From NCBI GenBank assembly GCA_963716255.1, contig OY970303.1, positions 1,568,001 through 1,632,000 of the forward strand: DNA of 64,000 bases. Direction: 5' to 3'. A program made the translations under genes and the position numbers. This document shows positions 9,379 through 21,669 of this stretch, in pieces; position 1 is the first letter of the stretch, and every line of letters starts with the position of its first letter. The notes beneath the pieces were generated by a model. The model did no database searches and had not been told where the DNA came from. It was given only the letters and a program-made list of their open reading frames with translations. This DNA is from an uncultured Gemmatimonadales bacterium. GTDB lineage: Bacteria > Gemmatimonadota > Gemmatimonadetes > Longimicrobiales > Longimicrobiaceae.

Positions 9379-10602
9379 TTGGCAGGGGAGGTGCCCGTGG
9401 GGAGAAGGGTGTACCTGTCCGCGGAGGAGGCCCGGCGCGAGCTGGGCGTCGCCGCGCAGACGCTGTACGCGTACGTGAGCCGGGGGCTGATCCGCTCCGA
9501 GCCCAGCCCGGACGGCCGGCGGACGCGCCGCTACCACGCGGAGGACGTGCGCCGGCTCAAGGAGCGCGGCGCCGCGCGGCGCGACCCGGACGCGGCCGCC
9601 GGCGGGGCGCTCCACTGGGGGGCCCCGGTGCTCGATTCGGCGCTGACGCTGATCACGGACGGACACATCTACTACCGCGGCCAGGACGCGGTCGAGCTGT
9701 CGCGCGTCCGCACGGTGGAGGAGGTCGCCGCGCTGCTCTGGACGGGGGATGCGGACGCGCCGGGAGACGGGTTCGGCGAGGCGCTGCCGGATCTGGGGGT
9801 GGAGCGGGGGATGGACCCGCTTCGGGCCATGCAGGTGGAGCTCGCGCGGGCGGAAGCCGGCGACCCGTCGGCGTGGGACCTGCGGCCGGAGCGGGCCGCC
9901 CGCACCGGCGCGCGCGTGCTCCGGCGCCTGGTGGCCGTGGCGGCGGGGGGCATCGGCGGCGCGGACCTCCCCGCCGCCGCGCTCCGGGCCTCGTGGGCCC
10001 CGCAGCGGCCCGAGGCGGAGCCGCTGATCGCGGCCGCGCTGATCCTGCTGGCCGACCACGAGCTCAACGTGGCCTCGTTCACCGCCCGGTGCGTCGCCTC
10101 CGCCGGCTCGACCCTCCACGCGGCCGTTTCCGCCGGGATCGGGGCGATGCACGGCGTCTACCACGCCCGCCACGTCGAGCGCGTGGAAGCGCTCTTCGCC
10201 GAGGTGGGCGATCCGCGATCCGCGCGGGACGTGCTCCAGGCGCGGCTCCAGCGCGGCGAGCACGTCCCCGGGTTCGGGCACCGCCTCCACCCGTCGGGCG
10301 ACCCGCGCGCCGCCGAGCTGCTGCGGCGCGTCCGCGACCTCGATCCGCAGAGTCCCGCGCTGGCGCTCGCCGACGCGATCGCCGCGGCGGGGGAAGCCCT
10401 GCTCGGGGACCGGCCCACGGTGGAGGTGGGGCTCGTCGCCCTGGCGAGGTCGCTGGGCCTTCCCGCCGGCTCCCCGCTGCTGCTGTTCGTTCTCGGCCGC
10501 TCGCTGGGGCTCATCGCCCACGCCGTGGAGCAGTACGGCTCGCGGGACGTGCTCCGCCCCAGGGCCCGCTACACGGGACCGGCGCCCGCGGGCGGGGCTT
10601 GA
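9379..10602 (+). CDS. Citrate synthase-like protein with an N-terminal HTH
   Basis: TLYAYVSRGLI HTH; LADHELN.S.F and PGFGHRL citrate-synthase motifs; start uncertain (9379 or 9397). Confidence 0.85.
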   Translation: MAGEVPVGRRVYLSAEEARRELGVAAQTLYAYVSRGLIRSEPSPDGRRTRRYHAEDVRRLKERGAARRDPDAAAGGALHWGAPVLDSALTLITDGHIYYRGQDAVELSRVRTVEEVAALLWTGDADAPGDGFGEALPDLGVERGMDPLRAMQVELARAEAGDPSAWDLRPERAARTGARVLRRLVAVAAGGIGGADLPAAALRASWAPQRPEAEPLIAAALILLADHELNVASFTARCVASAGSTLHAAVSAGIGAMHGVYHARHVERVEALFAEVGDPRSARDVLQARLQRGEHVPGFGHRLHPSGDPRAAELLRRVRDLDPQSPALALADAIAAAGEALLGDRPTVEVGLVALARSLGLPAGSPLLLFVLGRSLGLIAHAVEQYGSRDVLRPRARYTGPAPAGGA

Positions 10603-10669
10603 CCGGTGAATTCCCCAATCACATACTTTTACCGTCACGAATTGTTTCACCCGTCATCGGGAGGAGCGT

Positions 10670-10822
10670 ATGAGCAGGTCCAAGCTGGTGCTTCGCCGGG
10701 AAACCCTCAGGGTCGAGTCGTACCCCACGACCCCCAATCCCGCCCTGGAGCACGACGCCTCGCGGTTGTGGTACACGAACACGCGGCCGGTGGAGCCGGG
10801 TCCGGGCGCGACCATCGCCTGA
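10670..10822 (+). CDS. 50-aa RiPP-precursor-like peptide MSRSKLVLRRETLRVESYPTTPNPALEHDASRLWYTNTRPVEPGPGATIA
   Basis: GGAGGAG Shine-Dalgarno just upstream; KLxLxxExLxVES[FY]xT leader-like motif; hairpin immediately downstream. Confidence 0.6.
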   Translation: MSRSKLVLRRETLRVESYPTTPNPALEHDASRLWYTNTRPVEPGPGATIA

Positions 10823-10833
10823 CGCGCACGAAA

Positions 10834-10870
10834 GCGATGCGCCGCTCCCGGTCCGGGAGCGGCGCATCGC
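10834..10870. terminator. 17-bp perfect hairpin after the small peptide gene
   Basis: gcgatgcgccgctcccg-gtc-cgggagcggcgcatcgc. Confidence 0.6.
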
Positions 10871-10919
10871 GATTCACGGCGGGCCGGGGCGCCGCCGTGT
10901 CGCCGAATCGGCGGGCTCC

Positions 10920-11010
10920 CGCTACGACAAGCGCGGCTACAACTACCTGGCCGGAGTCCTGGTCGCCTCGATCGTGCTCTGGCTCTGATCTTTCGTCGGA
11001 CACACCCTAG
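10920..11010 (+). mobile_element. IS5-family remnant (transposase C-terminus plus right end)
   Basis: 10920-10988 translates RYDKRGYNYLAGVLVASIVLWL*, a typical IS5-family C-terminus; followed by cggacacaccCTAG. Confidence 0.65.
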
Positions 11011-13664
11011 CGCAGGATCGCCACCGGGTCCACCCGCGTGGCCCGGCGCACGGGGACGAGCAGCGCGACCGTGGCGCACGCGAGCAGCGCCACGGCGGCG
11101 GCGCCGAGCGCCACGGGGTCGAACGGCGCCACCCCGTAGAGCAGGCCGCGCAGCAGCCGCGCGACCCCCGCCACGCCCAGCACGCCCCCCGCCAGCCCCG
11201 CCAGCATCCACACCCCGCCCTGCCGCAGCACCAGCCCCGCGATGGCGCCGGGCGTGGAGCCCAGGGCGACCCTCACCCCGAACTCCTGCTCCCGCGCCGC
11301 CGCCATGGCCGCGAACATCGCGTACACCCCCACCGACGCGAGGACCAGCGCCAGCGCCCCGAAGCCCGTCATCAGCAGCATGGGGAGGCGCCGCCCCGCC
11401 AGGCGCTCGTCCACGATGGACGCGAGCGTCCGGGGGCCGCGTAGCGGCACCCCCGGGTCGAGCGCCGACAGCTCGCGCTGGAAGGGGCGCACCAGCGCGA
11501 GCGGGTCGCCCTGCGTCCGCACCACGAAGTCGCGCCCGGTCCACTCGAAGTCCTGCCGGTTGGACGCGTACGCCATGGGGCCCGGCGCGGGGAGCGCGGG
11601 GTCCACGCGCACGTCGCCCACGATCCCCACCACCACCCCCCAGCGCTCCGCGGTGTGCGGGCTGACGCGGATGCGCGCGCCCAGGGCGCCGCCCCGCGGC
11701 CAGTAGCGCCGCGCCATGGCCTCGCCGATCACGATGGCCGGCGGGGCGTCCGGCGCGTCCTCCGGCCCGAAGGCGCGGCCCTGGAGGAGGCGGATTCCCG
11801 CGGTGCGGAAGTAGTCGTCCGAGACCGCCATGTAGGGGATGAACGTCTGGCCGTCGTCGTCCAGCGCCACGCCCTCGATCGTCAGCTTGTTGCTGCTCAT
11901 GGTGGGCGAGGGGATCTGCGTGACGCTCGCCACGCCGCGGACGCCGGGGAGCGACGCCAGGCTCTCCTCCAGCTGCCGGAACACGACGGCGCGCCGCTCC
12001 GGCGTGGGATAGGCGGCCGGGGGGAGCTCCACCCGCGCGGTCAGCACGCCATCGGGCTCGAAGCCGAGCGGCGCGGAGGTCATCGCCCACAGGCTGCGGA
12101 CGAGCAGCCCGGCGCCCACCAGGAGGCTGAGGGAGAGCGCGATCTGCGCGGCCACCAGCGCGCCGCGCAGCCGCCGGGAGCGCCGCCCCTCGCCGGAGCC
12201 GCGCGACTCCTCGCGCAGCGTGCCCTGCGGCTCCGCGCGGCCGGCCGCGAGCGCGGGGACCAGCCCGAACGCGGCGCCCGTGAGGAGCGCGACCAGCAGC
12301 GTCGCGGCCAGGGCGCCGGCGTCCAGCGACAGATCGGCGTACGGCGGCAGCGCCGGCAGCGCCAGGCCCCGCAGCGCCCCAAGCCCCAGCGCGGCGAGCA
12401 GCAGGCCGGCCGCGGCGCCGGCCAGCGCCAGCAGCAGGCTCTCGGCGAGGAGCTGCCGCACCAGCCGGCCGCGCCCGGCGCCCAGCGCCACGCGCACCGC
12501 GAACTCCCTGCGCCGCGACACCGTGCGCGACAGCAGGGCACCCGCCAGGTTGGCGCAGGCGATGAGCAGCACCAGCGCGGCGCTCGCCATGAGCACCAGG
12601 AGCGGCGTGCGCGTCTCGCCGGCCATGGCGTCGCGCAGCGGGACGGCCACGAAGCTCCGGCCGCGGTCGGTCTGCGGGTGCTCGCGCGCCAGCTCCGCGC
12701 CCAGCCGGTCCAGCTCGCGCCGCGCCGCGTCCAGCTCCACCCCGGGCGCCAGCCGCCCGACGACGCCCAGCCAGTGCTGGTCGCGCGCCGCCACGGGGTC
12801 GCGCAGGTAGTACGGCAGGTCCAGCGTGAACCAGACGTCCGCCTCGCCCATGGGCCCCACGAAGCCGCGGGGGAGCACCCCCACCACCTCGTACGCCGCC
12901 TGGTCCGTGCGCAGCGTGCGGCCCACCACCCCCGGGTCGCCGCCGAAGTCGCGCTGCCAGGCGTCGTGGCTCAGCATCACCACCCGGGCCTCCGCGTCCG
13001 CCGCGGTCAGCGCCCGCCCAAGGGCCGGGCGCACCCCCAGCGTGGAAAAGAAGGTGCCCCCGACCAGCGCCCCCGACAGGACCCGCGGCCCCGACTCGCC
13101 CACCCAGGTGAGGTCGAAGGTGCTGAAGTTGAACGCCGCCACGCCGCTGAAGGAGCGCAGCCGCGCCGCGATGTCGGCCGTCGCGCCGGGGCTCACCGAG
13201 GAGCGGTCCACGTCCGACTTTTCGAACGCCGCGTACACCCGCACCAGGCGCCCCGCGTCGGCGTACGGGAGCGCGTCCAGCAGCACCGACTTCACCACCC
13301 CGAACACGGCGGCGTTGGCGCCGATCCCCAGGGCGAGCGTGAGCACGGCGAGCAGGGAGAAGAGGGGCGCCCGCAGCGCGGAGCGGACCCCGAAGCGCAG
13401 GTCCTGGCGGAGGTCGTCCAGCCAGTCGCGGCGGGCCTCGGCGCGGCGGTCTTCGGCCAGCAGCCCGGCACACTCGCCGCGCACGCCGTCCAGGTCGCCG
13501 AAGCGCTCCAGCGCCGCGGCGCGGGCGGCCTCCGGGTCCATGCCCCGCGCCACGTACTCGCGGACGCGCTCCTCCAGGTGAAAGGCGAGCTCGGCGTCCA
13601 CCTCGGCGCGCGGCTCGGAGCGGAAGAGGCGGGAGCGGCGCCCGCCGGGGGATGGCTCGCGCAT
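11007..13664 (-). CDS. ADOP-family duplicated ABC permease (MacB/FtsX domains)
   Basis: EVDAELAFHLE, LALGIGANAAVF, LLIACANLA, RxREFxVRxALG twice, RATRVDP. Confidence 0.9.
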   Translation of the reverse strand: MREPSPGGRRSRLFRSEPRAEVDAELAFHLEERVREYVARGMDPEAARAAALERFGDLDGVRGECAGLLAEDRRAEARRDWLDDLRQDLRFGVRSALRAPLFSLLAVLTLALGIGANAAVFGVVKSVLLDALPYADAGRLVRVYAAFEKSDVDRSSVSPGATADIAARLRSFSGVAAFNFSTFDLTWVGESGPRVLSGALVGGTFFSTLGVRPALGRALTAADAEARVVMLSHDAWQRDFGGDPGVVGRTLRTDQAAYEVVGVLPRGFVGPMGEADVWFTLDLPYYLRDPVAARDQHWLGVVGRLAPGVELDAARRELDRLGAELAREHPQTDRGRSFVAVPLRDAMAGETRTPLLVLMASAALVLLIACANLAGALLSRTVSRRREFAVRVALGAGRGRLVRQLLAESLLLALAGAAAGLLLAALGLGALRGLALPALPPYADLSLDAGALAATLLVALLTGAAFGLVPALAAGRAEPQGTLREESRGSGEGRRSRRLRGALVAAQIALSLSLLVGAGLLVRSLWAMTSAPLGFEPDGVLTARVELPPAAYPTPERRAVVFRQLEESLASLPGVRGVASVTQIPSPTMSSNKLTIEGVALDDDGQTFIPYMAVSDDYFRTAGIRLLQGRAFGPEDAPDAPPAIVIGEAMARRYWPRGGALGARIRVSPHTAERWGVVVGIVGDVRVDPALPAPGPMAYASNRQDFEWTGRDFVVRTQGDPLALVRPFQRELSALDPGVPLRGPRTLASIVDERLAGRRLPMLLMTGFGALALVLASVGVYAMFAAMAAAREQEFGVRVALGSTPGAIAGLVLRQGGVWMLAGLAGGVLGVAGVARLLRGLLYGVAPFDPVALGAAAVALLACATVALLVPVRRATRVDPVAILR

Positions 13665-13666
13665 GG

Positions 13667-14020
13667 TCACGTCGCCCAGCCCGGCGCCTGCGTGGTGCCG
13701 ACGGCGTCGCTGACCGCCGCCGCCAGCCGCTGCCACCCCGAGGCCTGCTCGGTGAACTGCCGCCGCCCCTCGGGGGTCAGGTGGTAGAACTTGGCCCTGC
13801 GGTTGTTCTCGGAAACGCCCCACTCGCCGCGGATCCACCCCTTGCGCGCCATGCGGTAGAGCGCCGGGTAGAGCGAGCCCTCCTCCACGCGCAGCACGTC
13901 GCCGGTGGCGCCCTCGATCCAGCTGGCGATGCCGTAGCCGTGCATGGGCCCCCAGGAAAGCGTCTTGAGCACCAGCAGCTCCAGCGTCCCCTGCAGCAAC
14001 CCGGAATCCTTTGCGAACAC
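13667..14020 (-). CDS. PadR-family transcriptional regulator
   Basis: LQGTLELLVL, HGYGIA, EEGSLYPALYR, NNRRAKFY. Confidence 0.92.
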   Translation of the reverse strand: MFAKDSGLLQGTLELLVLKTLSWGPMHGYGIASWIEGATGDVLRVEEGSLYPALYRMARKGWIRGEWGVSENNRRAKFYHLTPEGRRQFTEQASGWQRLAAAVSDAVGTTQAPGWAT

Positions 14021-14064
14021 GCGCCCTCCCCCGTCGCGGTGGCGGGAGCGCCCATCGTGCGCGG

Positions 14065-14093
14065 CGTCTCCCTATGCTGATCTAAGGGAGACG
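14065..14093. promoter_or_regulatory. Palindrome upstream of the PadR gene, candidate PadR operator
   Basis: cgtctccct-N11-agggagacg. Confidence 0.45.
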
Positions 14094-14350
14094 ATACACA
14101 CGCTCCCCCAGATGCGCAAGGTAAGCGCAAGGGCGCGGGCCCTCGGCCGGCAGCCGAGATGCCGGGCACCACGCGTAGCGCACCGCGCCTCGGCCGGACG
14201 ACCGCGTTCATGCTGTCGCGCTGATCTGCAATACGTAGATTGGTCGGATGAATACGGCTGCCAAGCAGGGCACCGGTTCTATGTGACCCCCCTCCCCGTG
14301 CTCACCGGCCCGTCACGGCGCGGGAGGCGAGGGATGGACCCACCTGGACT

Positions 14351-17300
14351 ATGACGCCTGAATCGAGGGTCTTCGTCTCATACGCGCGTGCAGACGGTGA
14401 GGAGTCGGCACGGTCTATCCACGAGCGGCTCTGCGCGTGCGGCGTGTCGGCGTGGTTCGACCGCGAAGGGATGAGCGGAGGGCGGGACTGGTGGCGGCAG
14501 ATCGTCGATGCGCTGAACGGCGCCGCCTATCTCGTCTTGATCACCACGCCAGCGGCGGTTCGCAGCGCGGTGGTGCAGGCCGAGTGGAAGCGGGCCCGGC
14601 GTCAGGGTGTGTGCGTGGTGCCCGTGAGCGTTCCCGGGCTTCCTCTGGACTTCGGCGCCATGCCGCGGTGGATGCGGCGCCTCAAAGTCTACGATCCCAA
14701 GCGGGAATGGGATGCCCTGGTCGCGCAGCTCCGCTCCTTGCCCTCCCCCGCGCGAGCGCCGTACATGGCGCCCGAACTAGCGCGCCACATCCCCCGCGCG
14801 CGTGAGACCGAAGCCGTGATCCGCCTGCTGCTCGATCCGGAGCGGGAACCGCTCCCAGCCCAGGTCGCCTTGCGCGGGGCGGCGGGCTTCGGAAAGTCCA
14901 CGCTCGCCGCGGCCGTGTGCGCTTCCGACGACGTGCAGTGGGCGTTCGACGATGGGATTCTATGGGTCGAGCTCGGCCCCGAGCCCAACGTGGTCGACAT
15001 CGTTCGGCGCCTGTTCCGAGCGCTCACGGGTGAGGCGGCGGCGTTCCGCACGATGTCCGAAGCCACCGAAGCCCTCCGCGAGTGGCTGGAGGAGCGGCAG
15101 TGCTTGATCGTCGTCGACGACGTCTGGCGGAGCTCGGACCTGCAGCCGTTCTTCGCCGGCGGATCCCGATGCGCACGGATCGTTACGACCCAGCGGCTGG
15201 ACGTCGCGGTAGAAGTCCACGCCCAGGTGGTGGACGTCTCCGAAATGAGCCCCGACGAGGCGGTGCAGCTGCTCGCCTCGGGCCTGGAGCCTGCCCCGGA
15301 AGACCGGGCGGCGCTGGTTTCGGTGGTACGCCGGTTGGGCGAATGGCCGCTGCTCCTGGTGCTCGCCAACGCCGCCATCCGCCAGCGCATCCACCACACG
15401 GGCACCCTGCCGGGAGCGCTGGAATGGATCGCCGCCGCGCTTCATCGTGACGGCCCGGTGGCGTTGGACCGAAAGGACGCGACCGAGCGGAACGCCGCCG
15501 TCGCACGCAGCCTGAGCGTCAGCTTCCAGTTCCTCACCGGGCGAGAGCACCGCTGCTTTCTGGAACTGGCCATCTTCCCGCCCGCCGTCCCGGTCACCCT
15601 GTCCGCCGCCCGCGCACTGTGGGGGATGAGCGATTTCGAGGCCGAGGCCACGGCCGTTTGCCTCGCGGATCTCTCGCTGGTGCGCCTGGACCTTTCCGCG
15701 GGCACCTTCACCCTTCACCAGGCGATCCGTGACTACGGTGCGCGGCTCTTGGGCGATGCTCCCCCCGTGCACGCGCGCCTCGTCGACGGATGGGGGGCGC
15801 CGCACTGTCTTCCGGACGACTACGCGTGGCGCTGGTACGGCTGGCATCTGGTCGAGGCGGACCGCACGGATGAGCTGCGTCACTACCTCCTGAACTTCGA
15901 GTGGATCCGCCGCAAGACCGAGCGCGTGGGGGTGGACGCACTGCTCGATGATTTCGCGCGCCTCCGCGACGACGATGTCATCACGCCCGTCCGGCGGGCA
16001 CTGGAGTTGTCGCGTGACGCGGTGGTCCAGCACCCCGTACAGATGGCGGTGCAGCTGTCTGCGCGGCTGCACCGCGAGCGCGACCCTGCCGTCGTGGCGC
16101 TGCGTGACGACGCCGCGCGCAGCACGCCCCTCGTCCTGCTCACGGACCCGCTCGACGTGCCGGGCGGCCGGCTGATTCGGCGCACCATCCTGTCGCACGC
16201 CGTGGCAGCCATGGTGATCGACGAACGGACGGAATGGCTGATCACGGGCCACGAGGACGGGCTGATCGCAGTGCGTAGTCTGATCACGGGGATGCCTGTG
16301 CAGTGGCTGAACCATGCCATGGGCGAGGTGACCGCTATGCAGCCGGCGATCCCCGCCGCGCCCACATTTGACGAGCGGTGGGCCCGCGAGATCTCGGCGC
16401 TGCTGGTGGTGTGCGACCGCCGCTGGCTTGTGTCGGGCGCGCGAGACGGCAGCATCCGGGTGTGGGACCTGGAGGCCGGACGGTTTCTCAGATCTGTGGC
16501 GTCGAAGATCGGGAAGCCGGTGACTTCGCTCGCCGCCCCGGCCGACGGCGCGTACTTGGTTGCCGGCTATGATTCGGGCGACGTGGTCGCCTACGACGGA
16601 GAGAGCGGTAGGCATCTCGCCACTCTCGAGCCCGCAGACCCGGGCGGGTATTGGAACAAGTACGGTGCGCGGGCCGCCGTCCGCGCGGACGGGCAGGTGG
16701 TGCTGGTGAGCCGGCGCGACGGCACTCTCGCCGAGTGGTCGTCCGACAACTGGTCACTGCTCGGCACGATCGAAGAGGAGATATTCGCGATGGGGCTGCT
16801 GGCGGTCGCACCGGAATGGTGCCATGCGGTGACTGCGGGCCAGCGGATCGCTTTTTTCGACTTGGAGACCGGCGAGCATTGGTACGAGATAGGACCCAGG
16901 GACTATCGGTACTTCCGCGCAATGGCGCTGACGCCTGATGGGATGCACGTGCTCGTGGGCGCGGAGTATGGGTTTCTGGTCATGTACAACACGCATTCCG
17001 CGGAGTTGGTCTTCCAGCTGTACGACGTGGGGCATTCCTTCCATGCGCTCGCCGTACTACCGGACGGGCGCACCGCCGTTTCGGCGAGCGGAAGCACGCT
17101 CCAGCTGTGGGACATCCGCCCCGCGGCCGTGGACGAGCCGCCCCTGCCCACGTTGCACGTGCACGGGATCCGGGACGTTGCCATCAGTGAGTCGGATGCG
17201 GTGGCGGTGAGCATCTCGGAAGGCTACCTCGCGACGTGGACCTTTTCGCGAGGCGCCGACGGATCGTTGCGTGTCGTAGCCGAAGGCCAGGACTTTCCTA

Positions 17301-17902
17301 TCGACGCTCATGGATACCTGGAAGAGCGGTGGTACATGTACATCCTGCCCGGTGGATGGCGCGCGATCTCGATGTACGCCTGCGGATCGATCATCATGGG
17401 GTACTGGACGCAGCTTGCAGTGTGGGACCGATCCACGCGTGAATTCCGCCTGCTGCCCACGGGGAAGCGTGAGTGGCTTTCGGACCTCCAGATCAGTGAC
17501 GACGGCAGGTTCTGCTGGGCGCGCACGCGAGACGACAAGATGCTGTTAGGATGGGATCTGCATAGCGGATCGGCCCTCGACCCGGCCGCGCTCGAGGCGG
17601 TCGTCCGCGCTGACGAAGCGGGGAAAGAAGGGCGGGGGAAGGGGCAGTGGAACGCGCGTTCTGCCGAGCAAGAGCTGGACAAAGGCGTCACGCTGGACGT
17701 CGCCAGGCGGACGGTCATGCTCGCCGATTCGGAGGGAAGGCTCCTGCACGCCTACACCGCGGATTACGACATCACACGGCTGCGCGTGCTCCGCGTGGGG
17801 GGCATCCCCGTGATCGTCATGGGAGATGCGTGCGGCCGGGTCCACGTCATCGATCTGAGGCACGTACTTGAAAATGCTGCACCGAGCGCCCTGGGAAATT
17901 AA
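14351..17902 (+). CDS. TIR - NB-ARC (Apaf-1-like STAND) - WD40 protein
   Basis: VFVSYARADG TIR with conserved Glu (VQAEW); Walker A GAAGFGKST; Walker B LIVVDDVW; WD40 repeats (SGARDGSIRVWD, LQLWD). Confidence 0.9.
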   Translation: MTPESRVFVSYARADGEESARSIHERLCACGVSAWFDREGMSGGRDWWRQIVDALNGAAYLVLITTPAAVRSAVVQAEWKRARRQGVCVVPVSVPGLPLDFGAMPRWMRRLKVYDPKREWDALVAQLRSLPSPARAPYMAPELARHIPRARETEAVIRLLLDPEREPLPAQVALRGAAGFGKSTLAAAVCASDDVQWAFDDGILWVELGPEPNVVDIVRRLFRALTGEAAAFRTMSEATEALREWLEERQCLIVVDDVWRSSDLQPFFAGGSRCARIVTTQRLDVAVEVHAQVVDVSEMSPDEAVQLLASGLEPAPEDRAALVSVVRRLGEWPLLLVLANAAIRQRIHHTGTLPGALEWIAAALHRDGPVALDRKDATERNAAVARSLSVSFQFLTGREHRCFLELAIFPPAVPVTLSAARALWGMSDFEAEATAVCLADLSLVRLDLSAGTFTLHQAIRDYGARLLGDAPPVHARLVDGWGAPHCLPDDYAWRWYGWHLVEADRTDELRHYLLNFEWIRRKTERVGVDALLDDFARLRDDDVITPVRRALELSRDAVVQHPVQMAVQLSARLHRERDPAVVALRDDAARSTPLVLLTDPLDVPGGRLIRRTILSHAVAAMVIDERTEWLITGHEDGLIAVRSLITGMPVQWLNHAMGEVTAMQPAIPAAPTFDERWAREISALLVVCDRRWLVSGARDGSIRVWDLEAGRFLRSVASKIGKPVTSLAAPADGAYLVAGYDSGDVVAYDGESGRHLATLEPADPGGYWNKYGARAAVRADGQVVLVSRRDGTLAEWSSDNWSLLGTIEEEIFAMGLLAVAPEWCHAVTAGQRIAFFDLETGEHWYEIGPRDYRYFRAMALTPDGMHVLVGAEYGFLVMYNTHSAELVFQLYDVGHSFHALAVLPDGRTAVSASGSTLQLWDIRPAAVDEPPLPTLHVHGIRDVAISESDAVAVSISEGYLATWTFSRGADGSLRVVAEGQDFPIDAHGYLEERWYMYILPGGWRAISMYACGSIIMGYWTQLAVWDRSTREFRLLPTGKREWLSDLQISDDGRFCWARTRDDKMLLGWDLHSGSALDPAALEAVVRADEAGKEGRGKGQWNARSAEQELDKGVTLDVARRTVMLADSEGRLLHAYTADYDITRLRVLRVGGIPVIVMGDACGRVHVIDLRHVLENAAPSALGN

Positions 17903-18060
17903 TCCTCGAAAGTGCAACGCCGCGACCAGGCAACCTCGTAGCCACGGGTGGAAGATAGAGGACGCGGAGATTGCTCAAGCCCTCCGCGTCCTCTCTGGTG
18001 TGTCCAAGGCGCCGTGGGTGGGAACCGCGGACCTGCTCAGCGAGCCAATACAGCCTTCAG

Positions 18061-20451
<2,391 letters not shown>

Positions 20452-20458
20452 CGCGTCC

Positions 20459-20863
20459 CTATGCCTGCTCGATGCGGACCAGGTTGCCCGCGGGGTCGCG
20501 CACGGCCGCGTCGCGGGCGCCCCAGAACCGGCTGGCGGGCTCCTCCAGGACCTCCACCCCGGGCGCGGCCGCGATCCGGGCAAAGGTCGCGTCCAGGTCG
20601 TCGGCGCGCAGGAAGACCGAGACCAGCTCCCCCTTGGCGAGCAGGGCGGCGAGGGCGTCCCCGTCCTCCTGCGAGCGGCCCGCGTGCGGCTGCGACAGCA
20701 CGATCTTGATGTCGGGCTGGCTGCCGGTGACCAGGGTGATCCAGCGGAAGCCTTCGTAGGCGACCTCGTCGCGCACCGTCAGGCCGAGGACGTCGCGGTA
20801 GAAGCCGAGGGCGGCGTCGGGGTCGTCGACGAGGACGTGCACGGTGCTGAGTGAAACGGTCAT
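20459..20863 (-). CDS. VOC/glyoxalase-family protein
   Basis: FYRDVLGL and WGARDAAVRDPAGN motifs. Confidence 0.9.
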   Translation of the reverse strand: MTVSLSTVHVLVDDPDAALGFYRDVLGLTVRDEVAYEGFRWITLVTGSQPDIKIVLSQPHAGRSQEDGDALAALLAKGELVSVFLRADDLDATFARIAAAPGVEVLEEPASRFWGARDAAVRDPAGNLVRIEQA

Positions 20864-20911
20864 GGCATCTCGCTGGGTGAAAGGCCGGGTGGAACGCTCG
20901 TGGCAGGGAAG

Positions 20912-21370
20912 CTAATCGGGCGCGGCGGCGGTCGCTTCTCCAAAACCGCTCGATTTCGCGCCCTCCTGGCCCCCGTGCCTGCGCGGCCGGGTCAGCACCA
21001 TGGTCTGGCAGGTGGGCACGACGCTCAGCTCGTCGTGGCCTCGGGCGCGGTACGTGGACGGTGTCTCGCCGACGATCTCGGTGAACCGGGCGGAAAAGGA
21101 GCCCAGGCTGGTGCAGCCGACCGCGAAGCAGACGGCCGTCACGCTCAGGTCGCCCCGGCGCAGCAGCGCCTTTGCCCGCTCGATCCGCCGGGTCATGAGG
21201 TAGGAGTACGGCGTCTCGGAGTACGCCTCGCGGAAGCGGCGGCCGAAGTGCGCCGGCGACATCAGCGCCGTGCGGGCGAGCGCCGGGACGTCCAGCGGCT
21301 GCGCGTACTCGCGGTCCATCCGGTCGCGTGCGCGGCGCAGCCGGCGCAGCTCGTCGACGTCGGTGATCAC
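20912..21370 (-). CDS. AraC-family transcriptional regulator
   Basis: LRRARDRMDR, FREAYSETP, RIERAKALL, SLGSFSARF; GTG start inferred. Confidence 0.88.
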   Translation of the reverse strand: MITDVDELRRLRRARDRMDREYAQPLDVPALARTALMSPAHFGRRFREAYSETPYSYLMTRRIERAKALLRRGDLSVTAVCFAVGCTSLGSFSARFTEIVGETPSTYRARGHDELSVVPTCQTMVLTRPRRHGGQEGAKSSGFGEATAAAPD

Positions 21371-21669
21371 GTTTCCATCCTGCGCTTCGGCTTCCGCACC
21401 GGGGGACGGGGAATCCGGAGGTTTTTCGGCCGGGGTTCGGTTCCGGGGGAGAGTACGGAGGGCGGAGGGGGGAGTCAAGCGAGGCCGGGGGTGAACGACG
21501 GGGCGTTCCCGCCTTGCCGTCCCGGGGCTCGCCGCTTATGCTGCAAAAGCCACGGATTGCGTCGGAAAAAGAGCGTGGCGCCCTCCCGGTCCCGGCCCGG
21601 AGTCCCCGGCCGCGGCCCACTCCGCCCGCGCCCCGCGCGGCCCCGTCCACCCCCCATCCGGAGCCTTCC

